Of a stretch of DNA of 64,000 nucleotides, positions 45,632 to 54,716 are shown one piece after another (the stretch's first letter is position 1; each line of letters opens with the position of its first letter). Under the pieces are notes generated by a model that was not told the DNA's origin, ran no database searches, and was given only the letters and a program-made list of their open reading frames with translations. The stretch is taken from the NCBI GenBank assembly GCA_036252695.1, contig GCA_036252695.1_4122.1; one strand, given 5' to 3'. The translations under genes were made by a program, and so were the position numbers. The stretch comes from a phage.

Positions 45632-46033
45632 ATGACTACAGTTGATGATATCTATAGCACTATACGCAATATGAGTACAGATAGAAAAGTATTTGGCGAT
45701 AAAGAAAAATCTAAGTGTTATGGTATTGATTCTTTTGATATAATTTCTTATGAGTACAATACAAGTGGAAATAGTTCACTGAATATCGTCTGTCCTCGTG
45801 ATCCAGAAAATAATTTTATGTATGTTGAAATTAATAATGATGGAATGTTTTTTACAAAAGTTTTCAAAGGTGGAATTAATTACGAACCTATTGAATGTAT
45901 GAATGAAGAAACTTTCTTTCAAGAAGATACAATTATCAATTTAGGTTTTAGTTTTGATGATTATAAAACATTAGAACATGACTTTAATCGTTATTATAAT
46001 GGTTTCTTAAAGGAGTTAACAATTTATCTATGA
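45632..46033 (+). CDS. hypothetical protein
   Basis: 133-aa ORF. Confidence 0.5.
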   Translation: MTTVDDIYSTIRNMSTDRKVFGDKEKSKCYGIDSFDIISYEYNTSGNSSLNIVCPRDPENNFMYVEINNDGMFFTKVFKGGINYEPIECMNEETFFQEDTIINLGFSFDDYKTLEHDFNRYYNGFLKELTIYL

Positions 46034-48306
46034 ATAACCAATATATTGAACAAACAATAGTGAAACACTTGGCTGGGTCACAAGCCTACGGAACCAGTAC
46101 ACCTGAAAGTGATACTGATTATCGTGGTATTTTTCTTGCTAATAAAGAATTTATTCTTACACCCTTCTATAAGGTCAAAGAGGTAGCTGATAAAAGCGAA
46201 GAAGATACTAAATTCTATGAGTTGAATCAGTATTTAAAATTATACACTGAAGCTAACCCTAATATTCTTGAATCACTTTGGGTTGAACCTGAACACATTG
46301 TTGAAAGTACTGAAATTTATGACTATCTTCGTTCATTTAACCAAAAACTTCTTAGTTCCAAGATTGCATTTTCATATACTGGTTATGCATATAATCAGAT
46401 TAAGCGTATGACAAATCATCACGGTTGGATGGATAAAGAGCATATTGCTGAACGTAAACTAAATGAAATTTTAGAAGAACATCCAGTCGATGAGGTTCTT
46501 GCGTGGATGTATGATTCATTTCCACAATATCTTGTTGAACGTTTAGATACATCGAACTTACATCCATTTAATGCTAAAAAGATTGATTTTGAAAAATATA
46601 TGCGTGATACGTCATTGCAGTTAGTTTCGAAAAATCCATTAAAGCAATATCATTTTGTAAGATTAGTGCATAACTACACTACTGATAAAATTCTAGATCG
46701 TGATTTCAATTTATTGAATTTTAATAATGGCTATGAACTAATTCATTACGGAGAAAACATTTTTGCGATTATTAAAAATCCGAATGAAAGTACTATCAAT
46801 GCTGATGGTTCACTACGTTACTTCAATAAAGAACGTACTTCGGAAGAATTAAAAGTTCGTCCTGAACTCATTGTAAAATTCAATGAAAAGGAATACAAAG
46901 AAAATAGTGAGAACCGTAAGAGTTATCACAAATGGAAGCAGAACCGTAATGCCAAACGTGCTATTCTTGAATCACACCACGGTTATGACTGTTATAGTTT
47001 TGATACTGAATTCTTAACTAAAGATGGTTGGAAGTTATTTGATGATATTACTGAAAACGATCTATTAGCTACTTTTGACAAAAATCACAAAGTTGAATAT
47101 CAGAAATACACTGAACGTTTTGATAATTTATATAATGGCAATCTATACCATTTCACTGGTCATCACCAAGATACTTTAGTGACTGCTAACCACCGAATGT
47201 ATGTTAAGGATTATGCACGAAATCAACAAAAAGATATGTCTGATTGGAAATTTGTAGAAGCAGCACAATTAAAAGAAACATATAAAATTTTGAATACAAT
47301 ATCCCCAATAACTAAAGAACACAAAGATAAAAAAAGTCCAATTGACTACATGGATATCAAAGTTTATCTTCAACTCATGGGATGGTTTATTTCAGATGGG
47401 TGCATAAATTTCAGGGATGGTAAAGTAAAATCTTTATATATTTCCCAGTCAAAAACTAGTCAAGGTATGCGTTGTGCTTTATCAAAATACAAAAAATCTG
47501 GTCAATTAATGTTTAATGAATACATTATAGAAAAGAAAGATTATCAAGCTAATGACGAATCAAGATATACATTCCCAAGTGAAGTAGCTGAAGCATTATA
47601 TAATGATTGTGGACATGGTTCATATAATAAACGAATTCCAAATTGGGTATTTGATTTAACAAAACGTAAAATGGATTTCCTTCTGAAAGGTTTGTTACAA
47701 GGGGATGGAACAAAACGAAATTTAGTTAATGACAATGATACATTTGTATATTATACTGCCAATTCATTATTAGCTGATGATGTTCAAAAACTAGCATTAC
47801 TATGTGGTTATGAAACATCAAAATGGGGACCATACACAAACGAAACCAATTTTGGTAGTGTTGATATATATCAAATTCATATCAATATGAAACCCAAAAC
47901 CGAAAAAATGAACATGAAACAAAATCTTGAAAAAATTCCAGTTACTAATTACAGAACTGTGTGTTTTTCTGTTCCCAACGGAACACTCATTACTCGTAGA
48001 AATGGAAAAACCGCATTACATGGAAATTGCAAACATGCTATGCATACAATCAGGCTGCTGAATACAGCCGAGGAAGCACTTGAAACTGGTATCATCCAAG
48101 TTCACCGACCGGATGCTGCTATGTTGATGGACATTCGTAACGGGAAGTGGTTGTATCAAGAAGTTATGGATTATTTCAACGAAAAGGTTGACTACATCCG
48201 AAATGTGGCGTATCATAAAACTCATCTACCGAAGCGACCGAACATAAAGTTGGCGACAAAGGTACTATTAGATATCCGTGAAATGCAATGGTACAGTAAA
48301 AAATAA
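46030..48306 (+). CDS. Pol-beta-superfamily nucleotidyltransferase interrupted by an intein-like insertion
   Basis: N-terminal LAGSQAYGTSTPESDTDYRG (GS...SDxD) nucleotidyltransferase motif; a central ~346 aa carries intein/homing-endonuclease hallmarks. Confidence 0.55.
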   Translation: MNNQYIEQTIVKHLAGSQAYGTSTPESDTDYRGIFLANKEFILTPFYKVKEVADKSEEDTKFYELNQYLKLYTEANPNILESLWVEPEHIVESTEIYDYLRSFNQKLLSSKIAFSYTGYAYNQIKRMTNHHGWMDKEHIAERKLNEILEEHPVDEVLAWMYDSFPQYLVERLDTSNLHPFNAKKIDFEKYMRDTSLQLVSKNPLKQYHFVRLVHNYTTDKILDRDFNLLNFNNGYELIHYGENIFAIIKNPNESTINADGSLRYFNKERTSEELKVRPELIVKFNEKEYKENSENRKSYHKWKQNRNAKRAILESHHGYDCYSFDTEFLTKDGWKLFDDITENDLLATFDKNHKVEYQKYTERFDNLYNGNLYHFTGHHQDTLVTANHRMYVKDYARNQQKDMSDWKFVEAAQLKETYKILNTISPITKEHKDKKSPIDYMDIKVYLQLMGWFISDGCINFRDGKVKSLYISQSKTSQGMRCALSKYKKSGQLMFNEYIIEKKDYQANDESRYTFPSEVAEALYNDCGHGSYNKRIPNWVFDLTKRKMDFLLKGLLQGDGTKRNLVNDNDTFVYYTANSLLADDVQKLALLCGYETSKWGPYTNETNFGSVDIYQIHINMKPKTEKMNMKQNLEKIPVTNYRTVCFSVPNGTLITRRNGKTALHGNCKHAMHTIRLLNTAEEALETGIIQVHRPDAAMLMDIRNGKWLYQEVMDYFNEKVDYIRNVAYHKTHLPKRPNIKLATKVLLDIREMQWYSKK
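46990..48027 (+). mobile_element. intein-like element with LAGLIDADG homing endonuclease
   Basis: Begins CYSFDTEFLTKDGW (block A-like), then TANH (block B-like), two LAGLIDADG-like motifs (LMGWFISDGC and LKGLLQGDGT), ends ..ALHGN followed by Cys. Confidence 0.45.
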
Positions 48307-48316
48307 GAGGATTGTT

Positions 48317-48736
48317 ATGCTAAACGAACAAATCAAAGACGCACTACGTGTACTGAATCTCGAAGTTAACCGCATCCAGAAAAGTACTGACCGTTATAAA
48401 GTAATGCATGAAATCAAACAAGAATTGGAATCTATTAATAAGGGAGAGTGGTGGTATCTTCAGCCCGAATATCAAACTCGTGAATTAAACGATGTTGAAA
48501 AAGAAATTGTCAAATTCATCACTACTCGTTATTGTGATACATCAGAGAATGATGTATCAGCGAACTTCAATCTTACTAAATTGGAAGTCGAAGAAAAATT
48601 CCATTTTGATTGGCTTGATTGGATTGAAATGGTAATGGAACTAGAAGAAAAATTCAATGTTGAAGTTGATGAAAAGTTCGAGAATAATGAAACTAAGCTG
48701 TATGAACTAGTAGAACATATTCAAAAAATGTTGTAA
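48317..48736 (+). CDS. hypothetical protein
   Basis: Internal ATG of track ORF 48278..48736 after AGAGGA; acidic product. Confidence 0.5.
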   Translation: MLNEQIKDALRVLNLEVNRIQKSTDRYKVMHEIKQELESINKGEWWYLQPEYQTRELNDVEKEIVKFITTRYCDTSENDVSANFNLTKLEVEEKFHFDWLDWIEMVMELEEKFNVEVDEKFENNETKLYELVEHIQKML

Positions 48737-48789
48737 AACTATACAATTGTATACTCTAAATAATATCATCAACTATAGGAGATATTATT

Positions 48790-49164
48790 ATGAGTATGTT
48801 AGAAATAATTGTTTCAAAAATTCTTATTCCATTTTGGAAACCAATTTCTTTTGTATTATTAATTGGCGGTTCAGCTTATGCTGGTTGGGAAGCTAATACT
48901 TATTACAGTGGATATCAACAAAGCATAGAGCAACAAATAGCTAAAAAAGTTGATACCGCCTTGGATAAAATGCAACAAGAAAATGCAAAAAATTACCTTG
49001 AAACTAAAAAAATCATGGAAGATAATGCTAAAGTTATTGAAACAAAGGTTCCTTTTATTGTAGAACGTGAAGTTTATAAGAATGTATGTTTAGATGAAGA
49101 TGGTGTAAAAGTACTAAATGAACTAAAACAAAATTCTCAAGCAGCGAGGAATAAATTCAAATGA
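48790..49164 (+). CDS. candidate i-spanin (inner-membrane spanin)
   Basis: 124 aa: N-terminal transmembrane helix then charged, probably coiled-coil domain; followed by an overlapping lipoprotein gene. Confidence 0.45.
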   Translation: MSMLEIIVSKILIPFWKPISFVLLIGGSAYAGWEANTYYSGYQQSIEQQIAKKVDTALDKMQQENAKNYLETKKIMEDNAKVIETKVPFIVEREVYKNVCLDEDGVKVLNELKQNSQAARNKFK

Positions 49165-49469
49165 AAAAATTATTAGTTCCAATGATTTCTTTTTTAATTA
49201 TAAGTGGGTGTGCCGAGCAAGTAAAACTACAATCCCCCGCACCAATTAAACAAGAAATTCTGTTAGAAAGATGTGATGATGATACACCTCTACCACAAAA
49301 AATTATGATTGACAAAAATGGTTTTAAAGGTTATGATGGTGCAGAAATTCTTAAAGTACTTACTCGTTGGGATGCAGTATACAATGAATGTGCTTTAAAA
49401 CATGACGCATTGATTAAAACTATTCGTGATTTACAAGGTAAAGATATTAAAATCAATATCAAGGAATAA
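49161..49469 (+). CDS. candidate o-spanin (outer-membrane lipoprotein)
   Basis: Signal sequence with lipobox IISGC; ATGA overlap with the upstream membrane protein. Confidence 0.45.
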   Translation: MKKLLVPMISFLIISGCAEQVKLQSPAPIKQEILLERCDDDTPLPQKIMIDKNGFKGYDGAEILKVLTRWDAVYNECALKHDALIKTIRDLQGKDIKINIKE

Positions 49470-49470
49470 A

Positions 49471-50082
49471 ATGAACAAATATCATGTTTACTATACGACT
49501 AAATTATCACTTCTTGAAGAATTAAATCAACGAAGTACTAAGATGAAACGCTACACTTTAAATGGAATTACTTTTAGGTATTTCCCACAAAAAGTTCTTA
49601 CATTTATTAAGAATCCAAAATGCGTGGCATGTGGGATTGAAGCCACTGAAGTACGCATTGAACGTTCATTTTGTTCTGATCCAGTATATGGTAAACCACA
49701 TTTAAATATATATGCTGTATGTGGTCTTTATGAAGTGTTGATGACAGTTGATCATAATCATCTGGCATCTAAGGGTGGACCTGATTTAGAGTCAAACTTT
49801 AATACTATGTGCTCCAGATGTAATCAACTACGTTCGAATAAAACTGAAACAGTTGATGAGTTTCTTGAGAAAGTTAAAGGTCGTAATCTTCTCCAAGAAC
49901 ATATGAATAATTTCTTTAATGTACAAAAAAAGAAAAATAACATTGACAAGTCGAAACTACTAGAAGAACGTAGGTTACGTCAAGAATTATGGGAAACTGA
50001 TCATCTATGGCATGTTCGAGAGTTTGGTCGTCATATGAAAGCTTTGAAAAAAGAACAAAAGAAATTGAATAAACATGATTGA
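49471..50082 (+). CDS. HNH endonuclease
   Basis: CVACG ... VDHNHLASKGG ... N ... CSRCN motif typical of HNH; ATG at 49471 after AAGGA. Confidence 0.6.
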   Translation: MNKYHVYYTTKLSLLEELNQRSTKMKRYTLNGITFRYFPQKVLTFIKNPKCVACGIEATEVRIERSFCSDPVYGKPHLNIYAVCGLYEVLMTVDHNHLASKGGPDLESNFNTMCSRCNQLRSNKTETVDEFLEKVKGRNLLQEHMNNFFNVQKKKNNIDKSKLLEERRLRQELWETDHLWHVREFGRHMKALKKEQKKLNKHD

Positions 50083-50095
50083 TATGATATTATAG

Positions 50096-50123
50096 GGACT
50101 TGAGTATTCAAGTCCTTTTTTTT
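50096..50123 (+). terminator. rho-independent terminator
   Basis: Perfect ggacttga-gtat-tcaagtcc hairpin followed by eight T. Confidence 0.6.
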
Positions 50124-50134
50124 GGAGAAAATAT

Positions 50135-50407
50135 ATGAAAACTAAATTATTTCCACAACAAATAATGATTGAACTGTGCGAACATCAGTCTGGTGAAGTT
50201 GTTACAATCAGTGGTGATACGTATTCCATCATTTTAAATGAACAACAATTTGATCATACAAATCATACGAATGAACTGTATAATCTTATGTTTATGGACG
50301 ATAAGAGTGAAAAATACTATCATTGTACATATGAACGATGTATAGATACAACACCATTTTGTAATGAAATGGTTGGTGTTAAATGTTATGAATGTGAAGT
50401 GTTATGA
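50135..50407 (+). CDS. Cys-rich hypothetical protein (tandem duplicate 1)
   Basis: 90 aa; MELCEH..VVTISG...YYHCTYER...PFC.EM.GVKCYE shared with the next ORF. Confidence 0.55.
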   Translation: MKTKLFPQQIMIELCEHQSGEVVTISGDTYSIILNEQQFDHTNHTNELYNLMFMDDKSEKYYHCTYERCIDTTPFCNEMVGVKCYECEVL

Positions 50408-50427
50408 AGTTTTTTAGGTAAAAATAT

Positions 50428-50784
50428 ATGAAAACAAAAATCTTTCTACCACAAACCATGATGGAACTGTGTGAACATGATGCAGGAGATGTTGTCACTA
50501 TTAGTGGTTCCTGGAATGAGAGTACTGAAGACTTTATGCCAGATGAGGTATATTCTGTTGTTTTAAATGAACAGTACAATACAAGCCGTTGGAATGAACA
50601 GTACAATCTAGTTTTTCTTGACAATAACAATGAAAAGTACTATCATTGTACGTATGAACGAGGTCTGACAGAACGTAACTACACAACTCCTTTCTGTGAT
50701 GAAATGGATGGTGTAAAGTGCTATGAAGTTTCTGTTCGTCAGGTTCCAGTTGTTACTTACAAAACCGAGTGGGATTATCTGTAA
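50428..50784 (+). CDS. Cys-rich hypothetical protein (tandem duplicate 2)
   Basis: 118 aa paralog of the previous ORF. Confidence 0.55.
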   Translation: MKTKIFLPQTMMELCEHDAGDVVTISGSWNESTEDFMPDEVYSVVLNEQYNTSRWNEQYNLVFLDNNNEKYYHCTYERGLTERNYTTPFCDEMDGVKCYEVSVRQVPVVTYKTEWDYL

Positions 50785-51182
50785 TGCTTAAAGATTTAGA
50801 TTTTTCAAATTTAGAGATCATCAGTGCAGTGAAGAATATTACTGATATGGATGATGAAAAAGGTGTAATGGTAACTATCACTTTCGTAAAGGAAGAGGAT
50901 AGCTATAAGCATCTTACTGGAATTGAAGAACTAATTCATAAAACCAATCTTGAGAATGATGGTAAACTCATCAAGCTTCAGGCTTCATATACGCAAAAAA
51001 CGTCAAATTTTATAGACCTAAATAATGTAGTCAAGGTGGTATACAATCATCCTGATCACACATATAGGAACACGACAAGAAATGAAAATGTTGCTAACGA
51101 TTCGAATATTATCGAAGATGTTGAATTCATAAACACAATTTTTGATCGTTGTTCTAAGGATTTAAAAAAAGTATACATGTAA
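50769..51182 (+). CDS. hypothetical protein
   Basis: 137-aa ORF. Confidence 0.5.
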   Translation: MGLSVMLKDLDFSNLEIISAVKNITDMDDEKGVMVTITFVKEEDSYKHLTGIEELIHKTNLENDGKLIKLQASYTQKTSNFIDLNNVVKVVYNHPDHTYRNTTRNENVANDSNIIEDVEFINTIFDRCSKDLKKVYM

Positions 51183-51183
51183 T

Positions 51184-51211
51184 GGGACATTATATGTTCC
51201 AATGATATAAT
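51184..51211 (+). promoter_or_regulatory. sigma70-like early promoter
   Basis: gggaca, 16-nt spacer, TG-a-tataat, pointing into an ORF-free region. Confidence 0.55.
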
Positions 51212-51484
51212 GTATATAGAAAATGACAACGGACATTGAAAAATGGACACTGAGAACCTACTTCTCTTGAAAATGTAAAGGATAGATGAGCTTTACCGTT
51301 GTAGCGAACAGCAGAAGAAACCTGTTAGAGTACTGGCATTTAAACAAACACGATGTAAGACCACGAATCACGGCGACACGGCTGTATAAAGAACTCCGAT
51401 AAGCATACAGAGAGTTCCTAGATAGATGTATAAGGTTCGCACCTTACCAGATTTGCTAAGGGAGTTTAAGAATAGCGGACGCAA

Positions 51485-51517
51485 TTTTACAAGAAAGTTG
51501 CGTCCAAAATTTGAGAA
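51485..51517 (+). repeat. direct repeat copy 1
   Basis: ttttacaagaaagttgcgtccaaaatttgagaa; core cgtccaaaatttgagaa identical to copy 2. Confidence 0.6.
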
Positions 51518-51634
51518 CAGGTACTTACTTTGATCGAATAGAGTTAGTACTGAGTGCTGTTGATGAAAAGACCAGCGACCGTTGCATATGACTGCGATAG
51601 AGAGAAACCGAGCAACCCGCTTTCGCTCTCTAAA

Positions 51635-51670
51635 TTTTGGTACAAGAAAGATCCGTCCAAAATTTGAGAA
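51635..51670 (+). repeat. direct repeat copy 2
   Basis: ttttggtacaagaaagatccgtccaaaatttgagaa. Confidence 0.6.
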
Positions 51671-51707
51671 ATTCGCAATTCGATAATATCCGATGCCATC
51701 ATCGTCA

Positions 51708-51735
51708 AGAGAGACTTAATTGTCTCTTTTTTATT
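51708..51735 (+). terminator. rho-independent terminator
   Basis: agagac-ttaatt-gtctct hairpin followed by six T. Confidence 0.55.
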
Positions 51736-51872
51736 ACCTTCATTCCCCTGCGGGGGGATGTAATAGTCCTCAACAAATCCCGTCAAGTTTTTAAAGTACA
51801 TTATCATTTTCAGAAGGAACTAGTTTACGAAGTAAACGCAGTGACTTCTTGAGTTACGAGAGAACGAAGTGA

Positions 51873-52301
51873 ATGAGTAACACAACGAAAATATCCGATA
51901 AATCTGAATTAACACAAATGTTATTCAAAGAATATTTTGAGTTCCAGATAAAAGACGAACATCAATTACCACAGCAATATTTGAAAAGAATTAAAGATCC
52001 GTCAGTAATTACTAAAGAAACTAATTTTTATAATAGTATTTTAGATTTCGTTAAATCAGTTCATACAACAAGACCTATTGTAGTTTTGTTTTTTGATAAA
52101 TCTATTCCTTTAGTAGTTCCTGAAAATGTATTTTTTATCTCAGAAACTGATTTAAATAATCAAAGTACTGTAAGTAGATTAAGAAATTGCTTACTTGTAG
52201 TATGTGATTCTTCTTTGTATAATAATAGAATACTATGGGATAGAAGTAAACGCAATGCAGTTTCGGAAATGAATCCTGAAATTACCTTTATTATTAACTA
52301 A
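51873..52301 (+). CDS. hypothetical protein
   Basis: 142-aa ORF. Confidence 0.5.
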   Translation: MSNTTKISDKSELTQMLFKEYFEFQIKDEHQLPQQYLKRIKDPSVITKETNFYNSILDFVKSVHTTRPIVVLFFDKSIPLVVPENVFFISETDLNNQSTVSRLRNCLLVVCDSSLYNNRILWDRSKRNAVSEMNPEITFIIN

Positions 52302-52333
52302 ATAATAATAGAATAACTCTAAGGAGAGATATT

Positions 52334-52774
52334 ATGGAAGATATTAATGATTTACGACACGTAATGGACTTTATCGGAAGTACTGAAGAAGATAATTCAT
52401 ATGATGAAGTACTATTAACTTTTATTGAAAATAGTTTGTTTTTAAGTTCTGCTGCACATAACTGGCACTTACAATGTCATTTTTATACAAAGCATTTACA
52501 ATTAGATGAACTATATAAAGAATTACCAGAATATGTAGACGCATTTGTTGAAGGTATCATGAATAATCGTGGTGCTTTGCAAGTTGGGACTGGTAATAGT
52601 TATCGTTTTACACCAATTGAAGATTGTGTACCAATTCTTGAAGAATATGTTGAGCAATGCAGAGCAATTCATGATATGCTTGAAGAATCGGGTGATTACG
52701 GCAGTGTAAACACATTAGAAGATATTATGAGTTTTGTTGAAGGAACACTTTACAAACTTAAAGTTTTACAATAA
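52334..52774 (+). CDS. hypothetical acidic protein
   Basis: 146-aa ORF after AAGGAGAG RBS, followed by a terminator. Confidence 0.55.
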   Translation: MEDINDLRHVMDFIGSTEEDNSYDEVLLTFIENSLFLSSAAHNWHLQCHFYTKHLQLDELYKELPEYVDAFVEGIMNNRGALQVGTGNSYRFTPIEDCVPILEEYVEQCRAIHDMLEESGDYGSVNTLEDIMSFVEGTLYKLKVLQ

Positions 52775-52782
52775 ACTATATG

Positions 52783-52811
52783 GAGAGTCGCTATGACTCT
52801 CCTTTTATTTT
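52783..52811 (+). terminator. rho-independent terminator
   Basis: Perfect ggagagtc-gctat-gactctcc hairpin followed by a T-run; overlaps the first codons of track ORF 52793. Confidence 0.55.
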
Positions 52812-52822
52812 GGAGAAATAAT

Positions 52823-53455
52823 ATGAAATCGCATGAATTAGCAAAATTACTACTGTCTCAACCGAATCTAGACATTTATCATTATGATGCAGAGAGTGAC
52901 TTGCATTATCAGAATTTTGATAATAGATTAATGGTTACACCATCTGGTATTTTCACCACAGTAAAAACCACATTAGATTATGAAAATGTACTTACTCCAT
53001 ACCATACACCACTCTTGGGTCACGTCCAAATTTTCTTTAAGGATGGTACTATTACTCCAAAATTGGAGGGTTCACATATCCAAACTGTTCTTAACTTAGA
53101 ATATGGGTTGGTATTTAACATTCCTTATGAAAAGCCAATTATTTTATTAGGTAAAAATCAATCAACACAATTCACTAATCAACATGCTGTTTGTTATACA
53201 TCCGATGATATTGATTTCATTTCAGTACTGACAGAATATGATCCTAATACTTGGCACGAAACATGGGAAACTATGTCATATGATGAAGCAATTGAATGTG
53301 GTAAAAATTTAGCCAAAATGTTATTTCCACCGAAAAAAGAACTTTCACAAGAACAAAATGAATCATTTTCTAAAGATTTTCCTGATTCTGAATTCAATGT
53401 TAAAGTATCAACTACCAAAATTGGTGAATTTCTAAATGAAAATCAAAAAGATTAA
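52823..53455 (+). CDS. hypothetical protein (duplicate pair, copy 1)
   Basis: ATG at 52823 after GGAGAAA, downstream of the terminator; N-terminus MKSHELAKLLLSQPNLDIYHY parallels ORF 53825. Confidence 0.55.
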   Translation: MKSHELAKLLLSQPNLDIYHYDAESDLHYQNFDNRLMVTPSGIFTTVKTTLDYENVLTPYHTPLLGHVQIFFKDGTITPKLEGSHIQTVLNLEYGLVFNIPYEKPIILLGKNQSTQFTNQHAVCYTSDDIDFISVLTEYDPNTWHETWETMSYDEAIECGKNLAKMLFPPKKELSQEQNESFSKDFPDSEFNVKVSTTKIGEFLNENQKD

Positions 53456-53828
53456 ATTCCACCAGCATTGTTCTATACATGTCTGTGATGATTGTGGTAT
53501 ACAAATGAGTGATATTTATACAGTTTCCTGTAAAGGTTTCAAATTCACTCACGGTGAACCTGCATATTGTTATGGCACAGAAGAAGGTGATATCGAAGTA
53601 GTACTGAAAGAATTGTTCCAGTACTTGCAAAGTGTAGGTCATGATGTTACAATACCCACATATTATGAAGATGATTATGATGCACATGTAGAAGAAAATA
53701 CATATTATAATCAATTCGTTTATGGTAATGGTTTTATCACATACCTACATGAGAATGGTATTGGGGTAAAAACTAAGTACACCAGTGATGATTATGATGA
53801 TGATAATTCTATGGAGATTGTAGATTGA
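53436..53828 (+). CDS. hypothetical protein
   Basis: 130-aa ORF. Confidence 0.5.
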   Translation: MKIKKIKFHQHCSIHVCDDCGIQMSDIYTVSCKGFKFTHGEPAYCYGTEEGDIEVVLKELFQYLQSVGHDVTIPTYYEDDYDAHVEENTYYNQFVYGNGFITYLHENGIGVKTKYTSDDYDDDNSMEIVD

Positions 53829-54409
53829 AAGCAAAAGACTTAGCAGCACTGTTGTTGCAGAATCCTGAAATGGAAGTGTATCATGAGCACATGCACATTG
53901 ATGACATGTGTGACGCTTACTATTCACCAGAAAATGTGTCTGGTATTGAAATTACCCCTAGTGGAGTATTCATCAGTACTGAACGTATTGATTACAATTC
54001 CCAGCAAGAAATCAAAACTCCACATAATAAACCTCGCATTGGTGCAATTGACCTAGTATTTCATCAGGACCGTTTGGTGGAATATGATGAAGACGATGGT
54101 ACTACCCGAACAGATGTTGAGAATGTTGTTTTTCGTTTTTATAATGCATACGAAGACCCAACTACTGGAGAAGATTTCTTCCGTGAGCTATTAGAGGATG
54201 GAGAAGTTTATGGTCAGGATGGTACGGTTTTTGTACTGGACCCTAACTATGAGCCAGATCACAATACATGGCAATTCTATACACCAGAAGATGTAATGGA
54301 AGTTAAAGTACTTATCGATATTGACGATAAATGGAATCCTATGTATACTTCAATGACATATGAAGAAGCCAAAGAATACTTCGTTTCTAAACTAAACATT
54401 ACAAAATAA
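53825..54409 (+). CDS. hypothetical protein (duplicate pair, copy 2)
   Basis: 194 aa; MKAKDLAALLLQNPEMEVYHEH N-terminus and ITPSG.F.. core shared with 52823..53455. Confidence 0.55.
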   Translation: MKAKDLAALLLQNPEMEVYHEHMHIDDMCDAYYSPENVSGIEITPSGVFISTERIDYNSQQEIKTPHNKPRIGAIDLVFHQDRLVEYDEDDGTTRTDVENVVFRFYNAYEDPTTGEDFFRELLEDGEVYGQDGTVFVLDPNYEPDHNTWQFYTPEDVMEVKVLIDIDDKWNPMYTSMTYEEAKEYFVSKLNITK

Positions 54410-54426
54410 TAAGGATTCACAAATTT

Positions 54427-54708
54427 ATGAAAATTGTTGCAAGTGCATGGATGAAACTACCAGATGGTACAACTGCTTTTGAAGAATATGGCTTTGTTGA
54501 AAGTGTCGATGAATTAAAGCGTTTCAAGTGTGAAAATGATGATGATGTTTTTGATATTGTATTTGTATATCATCATATTCCTAATGATACTGATTATGAA
54601 CATTATTATTATCATCCTGATTTGTTGGAAACACTTGTATGCGACAACTATCATGAAATTGATGAAAATACAGCTTTACTAATGTTGAGTACCGTATCTC
54701 CGGTATAA
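54427..54708 (+). CDS. hypothetical protein
   Basis: 93-aa ORF. Confidence 0.5.
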   Translation: MKIVASAWMKLPDGTTAFEEYGFVESVDELKRFKCENDDDVFDIVFVYHHIPNDTDYEHYYYHPDLLETLVCDNYHEIDENTALLMLSTVSPV

Positions 54709-54716
54709 GGAGTAAT

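Larger units (their letters stand above)
51213..51707 (+). other. ORF-free structured region: candidate non-coding RNA or replication-origin-like locus
   Basis: About 0.5 kb with no convincing ORF, between a strong promoter and a terminator; contains a ~30-nt imperfect direct repeat and several hairpins. Confidence 0.35.

Noticed and set aside
51485-51670. CRISPR array
   Set aside because: Only two imperfect copies of a ~30-nt repeat, spaced about 150 nt apart, with no further repeat units; not CRISPR-like.
51213-51707. tRNA genes in the ORF-free region
   Set aside because: Searched by eye for T-loop (GTTCGAATC-like) and cloverleaf arrangements; the one T-arm-like hairpin near 51432-51446 (taagg-ttcgcac-cctta) lacks the conserved A58 and has no matching acceptor stem. 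A tRNA scan would be needed to be certain.
51544-51852. Track ORFs 51544..51807 (-) and 51637..51852 (+) as protein-coding genes
   Set aside because: They span a terminator hairpin and other stem-loops, have no RBS and overlap each other on opposite strands; the region is more likely non-coding.
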